A stretch of DNA of 64,000 nt. It comes from Escherichia phage REP5. Below are positions 26,009 through 36,045 of this stretch, piece after piece (the first letter of the stretch is position 1; each line of letters starts with the position of its first letter). The DNA lies in the sequence record OQ174504.1; one strand, given 5' to 3'. The notes beneath the pieces are model-generated. The model was not told where the DNA came from, did not search any database, and was given only the letters and a program-made list of their open reading frames with translations. The translations under genes were made by a program, and so were the position numbers.

Positions 26009-28375
26009 TTAATCGTAAATTGTAGTCCCTTCTGGAACACACTTCACATCAAAGCCCAAGAACTTGCTCACTTCGATGGGTGACACTTTATTCCAATCTA
26101 AATGAGAAAGCAAGAAGTTTTCTTGTTTTCTTTTTGAAAGATAGTTTGTCACCTTAATAACCATACGGTCACCAGCTTTTTTGATTTTCTTGTACAGCTT
26201 TGTATCGTTGTCAAGGCATTCTTTCAAAGTTTGCAACCTGCTAACAGTGTAAGTGTATGCAAACGGTGCAGCAACGTATTGGATTTTACCAAACATTGCC
26301 TCAACAGCATCTTCATTACCTTCTAAGAAGATAGTTTTATTTGTGTCTCGTGAATAGCAATAACCACGAGAAATCTTCCTGTTATTGAACGTAAAGTTTC
26401 TGGCAATAATCCAATTGCTTGTAAGGTCAAGGACACCATTCATATAGATACGTGTCATATACCTGTTATGGTTAATCCAGTGAACATCAGTTAAGCTGTC
26501 GTTCAAGAGCTTCTCATCTACTTCAATCCAGTCTTCTGGTATCTTTTTCCAATTTGCTTTTCGGAAAACATATACTGTCTTTCCAATGACATTGGCAACT
26601 GACTTAGCTACATCTTCTGGAGATGAGCAAAAACATTCGCCATCAACTGTGTCGCCTACTGCCTTAATATAAAGCTGAGGCTCTTCAATCGTATCTAAGT
26701 CTTCTGACACCTCTTTGTATGAAGCTACACCTTCTGCTGGAACAGCTTTCCAAAGTTTTACAACACCTCTTACAGCTTCTTTACGCTGATAATGATGTTC
26801 ATTATCAGACATCTTAACAATCTTTAACAAGCTTTTATCAAGTTTGTGCAGATTGATTAAGTCGTCTAACTCTTTCTCTGTAGAGAATACAAAGACAATA
26901 CCATTATATCTGTGAAACATACTCGACTCACTGGCATAGTCTCGACATGCACCACGCAAGATTTGATTGCGTCCTACAGTCTTCTCAGTACCGTTTTTAT
27001 TGCGACGGTCATTGATAACAAACAAAAACTGTTCAATTTGGCTTTTGCGCATTGCACCAAAGATATTGAACATACTTGCCTCTTGAGTGTAGGAAAGTGA
27101 TGTTGCACGAATCTTACTCTCTAAAGAGTTGAACTTGACATAAGCAACTGGGTCATAAAGATAATCTACTTTAGGGATGTTGTTTCCGTTCCTATCAACC
27201 TTAATATTACCTTTACCGTCACGTTCATAAATGACTGAGCCGTCTTCTGCGTAGATAATTCCACGACGAATGTTTAGTAATTCTTCTTCCAGAGAATCAA
27301 GCTTAACACCTCCCCACTCTAACTTTGGACACACAGCATTAAACATCTCTCGTGAGTTCAAACGTAACTCAGCATAAGCCTGTGCAGCATCCATGAGTGT
27401 AGGTTGACTGTTAACTTTCTTGATAACATCCTTTGTAATTGCTTCAGTTATCTTTTTAGTAGCCTCGATGATAACATTTTTTGTCGTGTCATTCATCTGC
27501 AATGCTTCACGAGAAGCTGCAATAGCAACTGAACCAATAGGCATGTAGATGTTTACAAGGTCTACGCTCCTACGGAAAAACTCTGGCAAGACTTTGAAGA
27601 AATCATCACCAAGTAACGCTTCCATGTTAACTGGATAGGCAATATTACCCATCACCACATTGAATTCTGTCCTGTTACTACTAGAGCGCCAGCTTTGCTT
27701 ATGAATCATGGCATCATAAACACCTTCTTCACGGGCAATGACATTCATATCTGCTAATACATCATCGTATACAATGTTGCTTTCTGGTTTTACAGTGAAG
27801 TATGAGTATACGTTACCAGCTTCTTCAAAGAACTTTGAAATACGGTGGTCAGCAACTGCTACACGTACAGCTAAACCATTAGGCTCTTTTGTTGGGTTAG
27901 TGGTCAGCTTAGTTACTTGAGGGATACCATTCTCAAGATAAACAGAGTACTTGTTAACAACACCATCAACATAGCTAGACACTGTGAATGACTGAGCAAT
28001 TGCAAATGGAGATTTTGAACCAATACCCATTGCACCAATGTAGTCATTAGAGTCATTCTTCGTAGAAGCCCCGTAATTTAGATACAAACTCATAACTTTA
28101 TCATGAGTCAATCCAGTTCCAAAATCACGAACTTCGAAGTAAGGCTCAAAACGAGTAGGTAAATGCACATGGAATGGGATGTTCTCTTTTCCAGCTTCTT
28201 TCTGAGCATCTACTGCGTTACATGACAGTTCACGAATAACTGCCCTTTCTTTAAAGGTATACACACCAGAACTCAAAAGGCTGAACATTTCAGGTGTCAT
28301 TGTAATCTGTGCTTGAGACGTCTCTAAAGAAGTTGAACTCTTAATCACTTCTGCGTGGTTGTTTACCATGCGCAT
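26009..28375 (-). CDS. rIIA: rIIA-like protein with GHKL ATPase domain
   Basis: 788 aa; ELSCNAVDA, VRDFGTGL, GAMGIGSKSPF match GHKL ATPase boxes. Confidence 0.75.
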   Translation of the reverse strand: MRMVNNHAEVIKSSTSLETSQAQITMTPEMFSLLSSGVYTFKERAVIRELSCNAVDAQKEAGKENIPFHVHLPTRFEPYFEVRDFGTGLTHDKVMSLYLNYGASTKNDSNDYIGAMGIGSKSPFAIAQSFTVSSYVDGVVNKYSVYLENGIPQVTKLTTNPTKEPNGLAVRVAVADHRISKFFEEAGNVYSYFTVKPESNIVYDDVLADMNVIAREEGVYDAMIHKQSWRSSSNRTEFNVVMGNIAYPVNMEALLGDDFFKVLPEFFRRSVDLVNIYMPIGSVAIAASREALQMNDTTKNVIIEATKKITEAITKDVIKKVNSQPTLMDAAQAYAELRLNSREMFNAVCPKLEWGGVKLDSLEEELLNIRRGIIYAEDGSVIYERDGKGNIKVDRNGNNIPKVDYLYDPVAYVKFNSLESKIRATSLSYTQEASMFNIFGAMRKSQIEQFLFVINDRRNKNGTEKTVGRNQILRGACRDYASESSMFHRYNGIVFVFSTEKELDDLINLHKLDKSLLKIVKMSDNEHHYQRKEAVRGVVKLWKAVPAEGVASYKEVSEDLDTIEEPQLYIKAVGDTVDGECFCSSPEDVAKSVANVIGKTVYVFRKANWKKIPEDWIEVDEKLLNDSLTDVHWINHNRYMTRIYMNGVLDLTSNWIIARNFTFNNRKISRGYCYSRDTNKTIFLEGNEDAVEAMFGKIQYVAAPFAYTYTVSRLQTLKECLDNDTKLYKKIKKAGDRMVIKVTNYLSKRKQENFLLSHLDWNKVSPIEVSKFLGFDVKCVPEGTTIYD

Positions 28376-28404
28376 AATACTTTCCTCTTAGTTTACTGTT
28401 AAAT

Positions 28405-28578
28405 TACTTATTAAACATTTTACCAGAACCACCACAAATAGGGCAACAACCTGCTCTTGTATACCCTTCTCCGTTACAGTAGTCACACTTTTTGTGTTCT
28501 GCAAAGTACTTACAAAGAAGGCAAACAAATATTGCTACACTACCAAGTGACAGTAAAATTTCTATCCAATATGCTTGC
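28405..28578 (-). CDS. Small membrane-anchored zinc-ribbon protein
   Basis: 57 aa ORF not in supplied track; hydrophobic helix then CDYC..CPICGGSG. Confidence 0.3.
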
Positions 28579-28897
28579 ATGACTCACCTCTCATGTTTTT
28601 GTAAAGGATAAAGCTTCTGTCATGAACGATACTTGTAGATACTGCAAAGTTACTTTCAAGCATCTGTTTATTTGGATTGTAGAAGCTTTCTTTGAACTCG
28701 TCAAGTGCAAATTGGTGATTGTCTGGAAGACCTTTTACACAGACCTTTATTGTGATTGCTGCTGCAATCTTACCAGTCAGTTCTTCTTTAGCCGCTACTA
28801 AAATTTTGTTAAGGAACTTATGACCATCTTCAGGCTTCTTGATGTTCTCCCAACGTTCTTCTAAGACAATGTTGATGTTCATCTCTTTGATTTTCAT
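28562..28897 (-). CDS. Hypothetical protein
   Basis: 111 aa ORF. Confidence 0.55.
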   Translation of the reverse strand: MKIKEMNINIVLEERWENIKKPEDGHKFLNKILVAAKEELTGKIAAAITIKVCVKGLPDNHQFALDEFKESFYNPNKQMLESNFAVSTSIVHDRSFILYKNMRGESCKHIG

Positions 28898-28913
28898 AGT
28901 TTTCTCCAGAAAT

Positions 28914-28935
28914 TAAAAAGGCTCCCGTAGGAGCC
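28914..28935 (-). terminator. Rho-independent terminator
   Basis: Hairpin ggctcctacgggagcc plus T-run on minus strand. Confidence 0.55.
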
Positions 28936-28950
28936 TCTTATCATATACTT

Positions 28951-30732
28951 TTAAAGCTGCTTGTCAATATTATTTCGAATATCACCAAGAGTTGTGTAGC
29001 CGAACTGCTCAGAGTCGCTAAAGACTAGACGTAAAGCACAAGCTGGATGTTCAAGTGCATCTGCAAAGCTCTGGAACCCATAGCCATCTACAGCTTTCAG
29101 ATTTTCACCATCCCACATAGGTGCTACACCACCAAAAGCAGACTTCTTAACACCGCTATCTGTTTTAGGGTCTTTTGCAAGCATAATCTCTTTACCACCA
29201 ATGCTTGCAAGAGTTGCTTTGACAGCAAATGCAAAGGTATCACGAGTCATGTACTGGTAAGTGTAAGAACCCACACCAAACACTACGTTAGAGCTTGCAA
29301 AACCCATTTCATACAAACGCTTCAGGATTTCGTTTGCACGTTCCAACGTGATAGAGTCACCATAAATAAGGCCAATGTGTTCATCCAGTACCTTAAAACC
29401 TTTAGAGTTGATAGTCCCTCCAAAGATGTTATACAAGGTCTTAATAGCCCCATCAATCTCTGCTACAGGACGTGTTACAACGTTTGCAGAACCAACCATA
29501 TAAGCGTTTTTCAACATCACTGTATCAGCAACTTCAAAGTCTTCTCTGTCAACAACCATTTCGTAGCCTTCTGACAGTAGCCATCCAGCAATACCATAAT
29601 TGATGTTTTCAAGCTTCATGTTCAGGACGGTGCTCAGCATTGTATCACTAGCTTCCAGCTTGCTAAGATGTTCGTAATAAGCCTTTTTAGCACACTCTAA
29701 ATGGATTGCTTTGTATCCTGTGACAATATGTACAGGGTCTCCAGAGTCAGGACGAATTACCAGTTTACCATCACGTTCCATAATCTCTTTACGGAGTTCT
29801 GGTAATATAACTGATACAGTTCTCCAGAAGTTATAAGTATCTGAAACAACACTTGCAATACCAGTTGGGTAAGTTTCTGTTAAGAAACGACGGAAGGTTT
29901 GTAACTCACCTTTAAAACGTCTTTCTTCTTCAATCAACTCATTACCACCTTCCCAAGCAATGTTTGCACACATTACAGAGTGTTCAGTGGCTGGTACAGA
30001 GCTACCAATATCAGAGATTGGGTAGGACTGTCCATAGATTCGTTTAGCCGTGTATACAGCAGGGAAGCTATCAGTCCCTTTAAAGCTGGTTAAGTGACCT
30101 ACAGCATTAAATGCGTCATCAGTAAAGCCAGACATACCACGCATAGCAAAGTCATGGCACTGATAAGGCAAATGTAAGTCATTGTCACAAGTAAGGTCAG
30201 ACCACTTCTTACAAATACGTTTGTAGTGCAATGCAATAGTTGCAATGGTACAAGCCTTCCAAATCTCAGCAGAGAAAGCATCTTCCAGATAACCTGCTAC
30301 CCAATGGAAACCTGAAACAGTGTTCTGGAAGACAATCATTGGTACACGCATCGGAACAACTGTACCTTCTTCTACAGCGTATACTTCAACTGGTAGATAA
30401 CCTAAGTCGTGAAGTGCTTCCCAATGCTCTCGACCGATAGCATCTTTACCTAGAACACCATTCATGACTTCTAAGATTTCGTCAACGGCTTCTTTTTTAT
30501 CACGTTCAAAGAAAGTGGCGTTCCAGTGGTCTATCAAGTAATCTTTAACAAAACGTTGAATACCAAAAGCTACTACACCGTCAATTGCTAAAGGACTGTT
30601 AAACCATTTATCACTACGTGGTGTCAGGTTCAACATAAGATATTGCGTAGCATCTGGATACTGATATATATGTGATGCCTTGTAAGCATCTGCATTAAGA
30701 CCTGCTGGTACTGCATAAAGTGATTTAGTCAT
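28951..30732 (-). CDS. nadV: Nicotinamide phosphoribosyltransferase (NAMPT/NadV)
   Basis: 593 aa; N-terminal DAYKASHIYQYP matches the NAMPT signature. Confidence 0.85.
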   Translation of the reverse strand: MTKSLYAVPAGLNADAYKASHIYQYPDATQYLMLNLTPRSDKWFNSPLAIDGVVAFGIQRFVKDYLIDHWNATFFERDKKEAVDEILEVMNGVLGKDAIGREHWEALHDLGYLPVEVYAVEEGTVVPMRVPMIVFQNTVSGFHWVAGYLEDAFSAEIWKACTIATIALHYKRICKKWSDLTCDNDLHLPYQCHDFAMRGMSGFTDDAFNAVGHLTSFKGTDSFPAVYTAKRIYGQSYPISDIGSSVPATEHSVMCANIAWEGGNELIEEERRFKGELQTFRRFLTETYPTGIASVVSDTYNFWRTVSVILPELRKEIMERDGKLVIRPDSGDPVHIVTGYKAIHLECAKKAYYEHLSKLEASDTMLSTVLNMKLENINYGIAGWLLSEGYEMVVDREDFEVADTVMLKNAYMVGSANVVTRPVAEIDGAIKTLYNIFGGTINSKGFKVLDEHIGLIYGDSITLERANEILKRLYEMGFASSNVVFGVGSYTYQYMTRDTFAFAVKATLASIGGKEIMLAKDPKTDSGVKKSAFGGVAPMWDGENLKAVDGYGFQSFADALEHPACALRLVFSDSEQFGYTTLGDIRNNIDKQL

Positions 30733-30777
30733 CTTTTAATCTCTCTCAAAATGGGGCTTTTAAGCCCCTATAAACTT

Positions 30778-31677
30778 TCAATCAAGGTTTGCTACAGTAA
30801 CTTGACTATAATGTGTTAAGCTACGGTCTTTAGCTTCTCCTAAAGAGTTTGTAGTGTAGATGTGGTCAATACCATTGTCAAGTAAGTTTTCAACACCTTT
30901 AGAGAAAATACCATGAGTTACATAGAGTTCCACACGTTTTGCACCTGCTTCACGTAGGTGTTTAGCTGCCTCTACGAAGGTTCGACCACCATCACAGATA
31001 TCATCAAGAATCATAACAGTTTTATCTGTCAAATCAACATCATCAAGGATTCGCATACCAGTAATTTCACCAGTCTTAAGGTTACGTACTTTAGACATTG
31101 TGATATATGGTTTATCCACCTCTTTAGCAGTCTCTGCAATCTTCTTAGAAGCACCTGCATCTGGGGCTACTAAGTAATCAACCAGTGGGTCATTTGCATA
31201 GTGGACTGCAATTTCCTTTTGAGAAATACTCTGGAAGCAGTTAAACAGGTTATCTGATACATAACTGTGAGGGTCAACGGCACAGACTGCATCAAAACCC
31301 ATTGCATTAACCTGTTGTGCAAACACTTTCAAAGCTGCTGCATCACCTTTAAACATGTGACGGTCATAACGTGCATTTGGCAAATAGTAAAAGATAGCAG
31401 TCTTCATAGCAAACTTATGAGGTACTAAATCATCAATTGCCTCTTTAGCAAGTGCCACAGCAAATAATGTGTCCTTGTCATAACCTTTCACAATCATAAT
31501 CACATTGTTGATAGACGATGCTGCATAAGCAGTAAAATCAACAAGCTCTTGTGAAAAATGTCCACCAATCTCACCAGAAGGGAATTGGATGATGTTAAAC
31601 TCTTCTTCATGAGTTCCTTTAGTCGGTGAATGAACTGTAACACGGATAGATGTTTTCATAGTTTCTCTCTTAGTCAA
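30778..31677 (-). CDS. prs: Ribose-phosphate pyrophosphokinase (PRPP synthetase)
   Basis: 299 aa; VMILDDICDGGRT PRPP-binding motif, FPSGEI N-terminal motif. Confidence 0.75.
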   Translation of the reverse strand: MTKRETMKTSIRVTVHSPTKGTHEEEFNIIQFPSGEIGGHFSQELVDFTAYAASSINNVIMIVKGYDKDTLFAVALAKEAIDDLVPHKFAMKTAIFYYLPNARYDRHMFKGDAAALKVFAQQVNAMGFDAVCAVDPHSYVSDNLFNCFQSISQKEIAVHYANDPLVDYLVAPDAGASKKIAETAKEVDKPYITMSKVRNLKTGEITGMRILDDVDLTDKTVMILDDICDGGRTFVEAAKHLREAGAKRVELYVTHGIFSKGVENLLDNGIDHIYTTNSLGEAKDRSLTHYSQVTVANLD

Positions 31678-31948
31678 AAGTTACGTTTGTTACTGCCATT
31701 GCAGATTTGCATTTTGCAGGGTCTACAACGTGATAAAGTACACTACAGTTACCTGTGCTGTCTGGTACAGGCTTTACCCATTGATGCTTTATAGTTGGCT
31801 CTCCTAAGTCTTTGTAAGAACCATCTGTAAAGTTGTTTACCATCTCAAGTGCAATTGGTTCTGGAACATGACCACGTATCATGTACATTTCACAACCATT
31901 ACCGCCTTCACTGACTAATGGTAAAATCTCCCACTTCTCTTTAGCCAT
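31670..31948 (-). CDS. Hypothetical protein
   Basis: 92 aa ORF. Confidence 0.55.
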   Translation of the reverse strand: MAKEKWEILPLVSEGGNGCEMYMIRGHVPEPIALEMVNNFTDGSYKDLGEPTIKHQWVKPVPDSTGNCSVLYHVVDPAKCKSAMAVTNVTFD

Positions 31949-32456
31949 TGTAAGTTGCCCTATAAACTGTCTCGAACTTCAACAGGAGAGATATTGCCAA
32001 ATCTGTATAGTTGTTGTCAAGCACATCTGGCATATTATTTTTGATATATTTCTCTTGTTCTTCATAGGTCATCTTAGGGATACTTAGGAGGCTATCCCCT
32101 TGCTTCTGGTTATCAAGTTTAGTCTGAATAAACCAGTTTGCACAGTGATGCTCACCACCCTTTGTAACAGGTTTGTAGTGGCCTAATGTGAAGGATTGAC
32201 TACCTGTGTATCTGCAAAGTTTATTGAGTACCGTAATGGTGTTCTTCACAACAAAACATTCATACAGGTTGTCTATGGTGTAGTGTGGGTAATATCGGAA
32301 TAGTGCTCTTTCACGAGTACTCTCACGATTCCAGAGAACCATATGATTAGAGTTAGAAGGGTCGTATTGGTGGGAGTCAATGAACTCTTGACGTTCCTCA
32401 AAGCTAAGTCTTAACACTGACATTGCAGCAGAACGTTTTAGGTTTGACAGATACAT
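31941..32456 (-). CDS. Hypothetical protein
   Basis: 171 aa ORF. Confidence 0.55.
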   Translation of the reverse strand: MYLSNLKRSAAMSVLRLSFEERQEFIDSHQYDPSNSNHMVLWNRESTRERALFRYYPHYTIDNLYECFVVKNTITVLNKLCRYTGSQSFTLGHYKPVTKGGEHHCANWFIQTKLDNQKQGDSLLSIPKMTYEEQEKYIKNNMPDVLDNNYTDLAISLLLKFETVYRATYNG

Positions 32457-32507
32457 TTTATCTCCAAAATAAAAAGGGAACCTTTACAGTTCCCCTATAG
32501 TATCTGT

Positions 32508-32828
32508 TTACTGAGCTACTTTCAAGATACTTGTGAATGAAATCTCACTCTCATCCATAAACTCTTTTGCTTCTCCAGTAACTTTTACAAAGTTATCTAG
32601 GCAGATAATCTTCTTATCTTTCTTGCTGTAGGTTAGCTTAACCTTTTCAATATCTTTCTTAGAGCTTTCCTCTCCATTGAAGAGTTTTACAGCCTCTTTG
32701 AATGGTAGATATGAGCCGTCATTATCACTAATGAACCCTGTGCCACAATAGTAGTAGTTATACTCTTTAGCCATAAACTTGCACAGTACGAAAATCTGTA
32801 ATTTACGAGTGTTATAAACTTTGCTCAT
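32508..32828 (-). CDS. Hypothetical protein
   Basis: 106 aa ORF. Confidence 0.55.
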   Translation of the reverse strand: MSKVYNTRKLQIFVLCKFMAKEYNYYYCGTGFISDNDGSYLPFKEAVKLFNGEESSKKDIEKVKLTYSKKDKKIICLDNFVKVTGEAKEFMDESEISFTSILKVAQ

Positions 32829-32830
32829 GA

Positions 32831-33088
32831 TTATTTAGCCTTCTTGTTACGTTTACGGTTACGAGCTTTCTTAGCTGCTCGTTTAATAGCTGCTGCACCA
32901 GACGGACGGTGGGCTTGTTTCTTACCACCTTTGCCACGGCCTACATAGATACTTTTCATAATCTCATTAGCCAGCTTCTCATCCATCTTAAAGTTCTGCA
33001 TAAGATGAGTCACATCAACACCAGTGAGCATACCTAGTGATGCCAGTGCTGCTTTTACTTTTGATTTAAAACTGTTCCAGAGTCCCAT
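32831..33088 (-). CDS. Hypothetical protein with basic C-terminus
   Basis: 85 aa ORF. Confidence 0.5.
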   Translation of the reverse strand: MGLWNSFKSKVKAALASLGMLTGVDVTHLMQNFKMDEKLANEIMKSIYVGRGKGGKKQAHRPSGAAAIKRAAKKARNRKRNKKAK

Positions 33089-33360
33089 TTCGTATCTCTC
33101 TCAATCTTTTCACAAAATGTTTTAAGTTCTTCTTCAGTGACACCAACAATACTATCACCGACGTTTAAATTTGTTTTGTAGAATATTGTGTAATGGCCTT
33201 TGCCAACAACTTCGAATGTTCCAGCTTTCTCAATCTCTGCTAAAGCTTCCATTCCAACATTACCGAAGAGTGAGTTTGTATACTTTTTCCACTCATCGAG
33301 GAGTTCGGTCTTAACCTTATAAGTGCCTAACAAAGCACTGTTAAAAGAGATAATCATCAT
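33055..33360 (-). CDS. Hypothetical protein
   Basis: ORF trimmed to internal Met after the nrdG stop; longest ORF overlaps nrdG. Confidence 0.4.
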   Translation of the reverse strand: MMIISFNSALLGTYKVKTELLDEWKKYTNSLFGNVGMEALAEIEKAGTFEVVGKGHYTIFYKTNLNVGDSIVGVTEEELKTFCEKIERDTKWDSGTVLNQK

Positions 33361-33394
33361 CTCACCCTTTCCGTAGCCAATTTTACGACGAGAT

Positions 33395-33880
33395 TTACTC
33401 TGCTCGCCACTGACAATCACCTTGCCACCCATACTCTTTTCTCCAGAGGTTTTGGTTATCAGAACCACGATATGGTTTAACTGTTGGTTTAGATGAATCA
33501 TACTTACCATCAATCACCACGTCAACATATTTCATTACATCTAGGTGAATTTTTTCGTGTAACTGAAAACCTGTCCAGAGCCATATAGTCTTCTCTGGGT
33601 AAACAGTTTTAACACGTTTGCATATGTCTGTAACCTCTTGAATATTTCTATCATCCAGAGGTTCTCCACCAAGTATTGACAAACCACTGACAGCATTATC
33701 ACCCATTAGCTGGATGATTCCGTAGAGGTTTGCATAAGTGAACACTTTACCAGCATTAAACTTCCAAGACTCCCTGTTAAAGCAACCTTCACAGTGATGT
33801 TTACAGCCAGCTACGAAGAGGCTTACACGAACCCCTTCACCATTAGCTGTGTCAAATGGTCTAATCTCCATGTAATTCAT
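33395..33880 (-). CDS. nrdG: Anaerobic ribonucleotide reductase activating protein (radical SAM)
   Basis: 161 aa; CKHHCEGCFN radical SAM cluster motif. Confidence 0.8.
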   Translation of the reverse strand: MNYMEIRPFDTANGEGVRVSLFVAGCKHHCEGCFNRESWKFNAGKVFTYANLYGIIQLMGDNAVSGLSILGGEPLDDRNIQEVTDICKRVKTVYPEKTIWLWTGFQLHEKIHLDVMKYVDVVIDGKYDSSKPTVKPYRGSDNQNLWRKEYGWQGDCQWRAE

Positions 33881-33889
33881 CTAGTTACC

Positions 33890-34189
33890 TCACCAATACA
33901 TATAAGTGTTCTTAGCGGCTTTCTTTGGAGACTTGCTATCAATGTCAAAGTCTTCATCTAAGAAGGATGTCTTAGAAAGCTGCCTGATTTGTGTTCTTGT
34001 AAGACGTTTAGTAGCCTTCTTAATCTCTCTACAAGGCTGACTTGTGAAGTCGTAAGAGCCACCTTTTCTGGACATCATATCAGAGTGGTAGTAGACCTCT
34101 GAAGCATTTTCTCTGTTACGTACCTCATTTCTCCACTCATAGAGTCCATGAACGTTCTTTAAACCTTTTCTTCGAATTGTTTTACTCAT
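33890..34189 (-). CDS. Hypothetical protein
   Basis: 99 aa ORF. Confidence 0.5.
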   Translation of the reverse strand: MSKTIRRKGLKNVHGLYEWRNEVRNRENASEVYYHSDMMSRKGGSYDFTSQPCREIKKATKRLTRTQIRQLSKTSFLDEDFDIDSKSPKKAAKNTYMYW

Positions 34190-34581
34190 TCAAACACCAC
34201 CTGACAAGGAACCTGTTTAGTAATAAATTCTTCACAGTGTTCTTTAATGAAGTTTTGTAATGGTACACAGTCTTGTGCACAAGTCATTAGCATAATGTAC
34301 TCTGGATTCATAATATTTTCAAGACTGTAGAAGACAACATCGTTAGATAGTTCATGACCGTCTTCTTCAGACCAAGTTCCAGTGACTACAGCTAATTTGT
34401 CAAGCAATTCATTAGGTAATGCTACACCATCTTCTACAGAATCACTTAGAACATTGTCACTGATGTACAATGTGAAGACCGTGTGGAATGTTGAGTACCT
34501 TACGTGATTCTTTTCGCAAGAGCCACACTCTGAGGCGTAATCTTTAAGCCACTCTAACTGTTTTTGGTTTAACTTCATCAT
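34186..34581 (-). CDS. Hypothetical protein
   Basis: 131 aa ORF. Confidence 0.55.
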   Translation of the reverse strand: MMKLNQKQLEWLKDYASECGSCEKNHVRYSTFHTVFTLYISDNVLSDSVEDGVALPNELLDKLAVVTGTWSEEDGHELSNDVVFYSLENIMNPEYIMLMTCAQDCVPLQNFIKEHCEEFITKQVPCQVVFE

Positions 34582-34793
34582 AATTTCACCTTAGTTGGTA
34601 ATGCACTGAATGCTATAGCTAACCCTAAAAATGGTTTGAAACATGACCATAAATCCATCTGACCATGATATGAGAAACTCCATTGTGGGTCTGAAAAACC
34701 CCATACCATAATGCTAACCCCAAAGAAGAAGACTGTTATATGTAGTATGGGTATCAATACTTTTAAGAGTGTTGTCATTGTTAATTCCACCAT
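34578..34793 (-). CDS. Small membrane protein
   Basis: 71 aa, hydrophobic. Confidence 0.45.
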   Translation of the reverse strand: MVELTMTTLLKVLIPILHITVFFFGVSIMVWGFSDPQWSFSYHGQMDLWSCFKPFLGLAIAFSALPTKVKL

Positions 34794-35167
34794 ATAGTTT
34801 TACCATTATCACATGTGTAAAGATACTCTACAGAAGTTTGTGGGACAAGTATAGTGGTGCTACCACTAAGTACACTCACAAAATGAGTAACCTCACGATG
34901 CTGATGAGTTTTTACACAATTGTTTGCCTCCATCCATATCACAGTTTTGTATGAATAGAATACCGCCAAGACACAAAGTGTAATAACTCCAACTATCATG
35001 GCAAACTCAGGCAAAAAATCTGACTGTATGATGTCTCTAAATCGCATTATTCCAAGAATAAATAAGATTATCAGACATACAATCCCACAAACTGCTACAT
35101 AAAGCCACAAGTCCATAATGTAACTCCAAATAAAAAGGTGATGTAAGCCTATCAAGACCCACATCAC
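34781..35167 (-). CDS. Membrane protein
   Basis: 128 aa, multiple hydrophobic segments. Confidence 0.5.
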   Translation of the reverse strand: MMWVLIGLHHLFIWSYIMDLWLYVAVCGIVCLIILFILGIMRFRDIIQSDFLPEFAMIVGVITLCVLAVFYSYKTVIWMEANNCVKTHQHREVTHFVSVLSGSTTILVPQTSVEYLYTCDNGKTIWWN

Positions 35168-35178
35168 CTTGTCAAGTT

Positions 35179-36045
35179 TTACATAGAAACCCTATCCTTA
35201 ATTTCTGCCATCTTAGCGTCATTCATTCGAGACTGACCTTTAATTTTTGTGAATGACAAGTACCCACACACCCTGTTAATCACAGAGATATCATGTGAAT
35301 GGCAAACCTCACATTCTTCAACATCAGCCTTTGGTCTGTGACCACAATGTTCACAGATTGCTAAGTCAAAGTTAAGTCCTTGATAAAAACCTTTCAACAT
35401 CCCTCTTGTAATACAACTTTTAAGTGCTGATAAGTTTTCTGGATTAGCTACCCTTACATACTGGATTCTTCCGCCTCTACAGATATGGAAGAAGGGTTCT
35501 TCTAAGTCCTGCTTCTCAAATGGTGTAATATCTGCTGCAACATTCATATGGAAACTGTTTGTAAAGTATTCCTTATCAGAAACACCTTTGATAACACCAA
35601 ACATATCTCTGAACTGTTTTAGCTGAGTCCCACAAAGTGATTCTGCTGGAGTGCCATAGACTGCATATAAGAAACCGTCTTCATTTTTAAACTCTTCAGT
35701 TTTCATGTTGATGTATTCCAGAACATCGTATGCAAAACTACAGCTTCCAACTTCATGAAGTCGTTTACCTTCAGCAAGAACAGATAGCTCATCAAGCGCA
35801 GTAACCCCAAAAGAAGCTGTGAAGGACTTCACAATATCCCAACCAACCCTGTCAGTAGGCTTCTTAGTTCCTTTATACAGACCACCTTGTGTAAATGCAA
35901 GAGGGTTAGAACTTGCTGGCATATTAGCAATCATTTCGTAACGTTTCTTGTGGAAGTTGCGAATCATCTCTAGGTACTTATCAAGCTCTTTCCAGAAATC
36001 TAAACCATTCTCTTTAGAGTACTGGTAAATCATTGGCAAGTTCAA
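35179..36045 (-). CDS. nrdD: Anaerobic ribonucleoside-triphosphate reductase, C-terminal exon
   Basis: Zn ribbon CEHCGHRP..CEVCH and glycyl-radical motif RVCGYL; true exon start lies upstream of the first Met. Confidence 0.75.
   Translation of the reverse strand: MNLPMIYQYSKENGLDFWKELDKYLEMIRNFHKKRYEMIANMPASSNPLAFTQGGLYKGTKKPTDRVGWDIVKSFTASFGVTALDELSVLAEGKRLHEVGSCSFAYDVLEYINMKTEEFKNEDGFLYAVYGTPAESLCGTQLKQFRDMFGVIKGVSDKEYFTNSFHMNVAADITPFEKQDLEEPFFHICRGGRIQYVRVANPENLSALKSCITRGMLKGFYQGLNFDLAICEHCGHRPKADVEECEVCHSHDISVINRVCGYLSFTKIKGQSRMNDAKMAEIKDRVSM

Noticed and set aside
29047-29574. ORF antisense to NAMPT (175 aa), and similar antisense ORFs in nrdA, rIIA and the tail fibre gene
   Set aside because: Chance ORFs within well-supported genes
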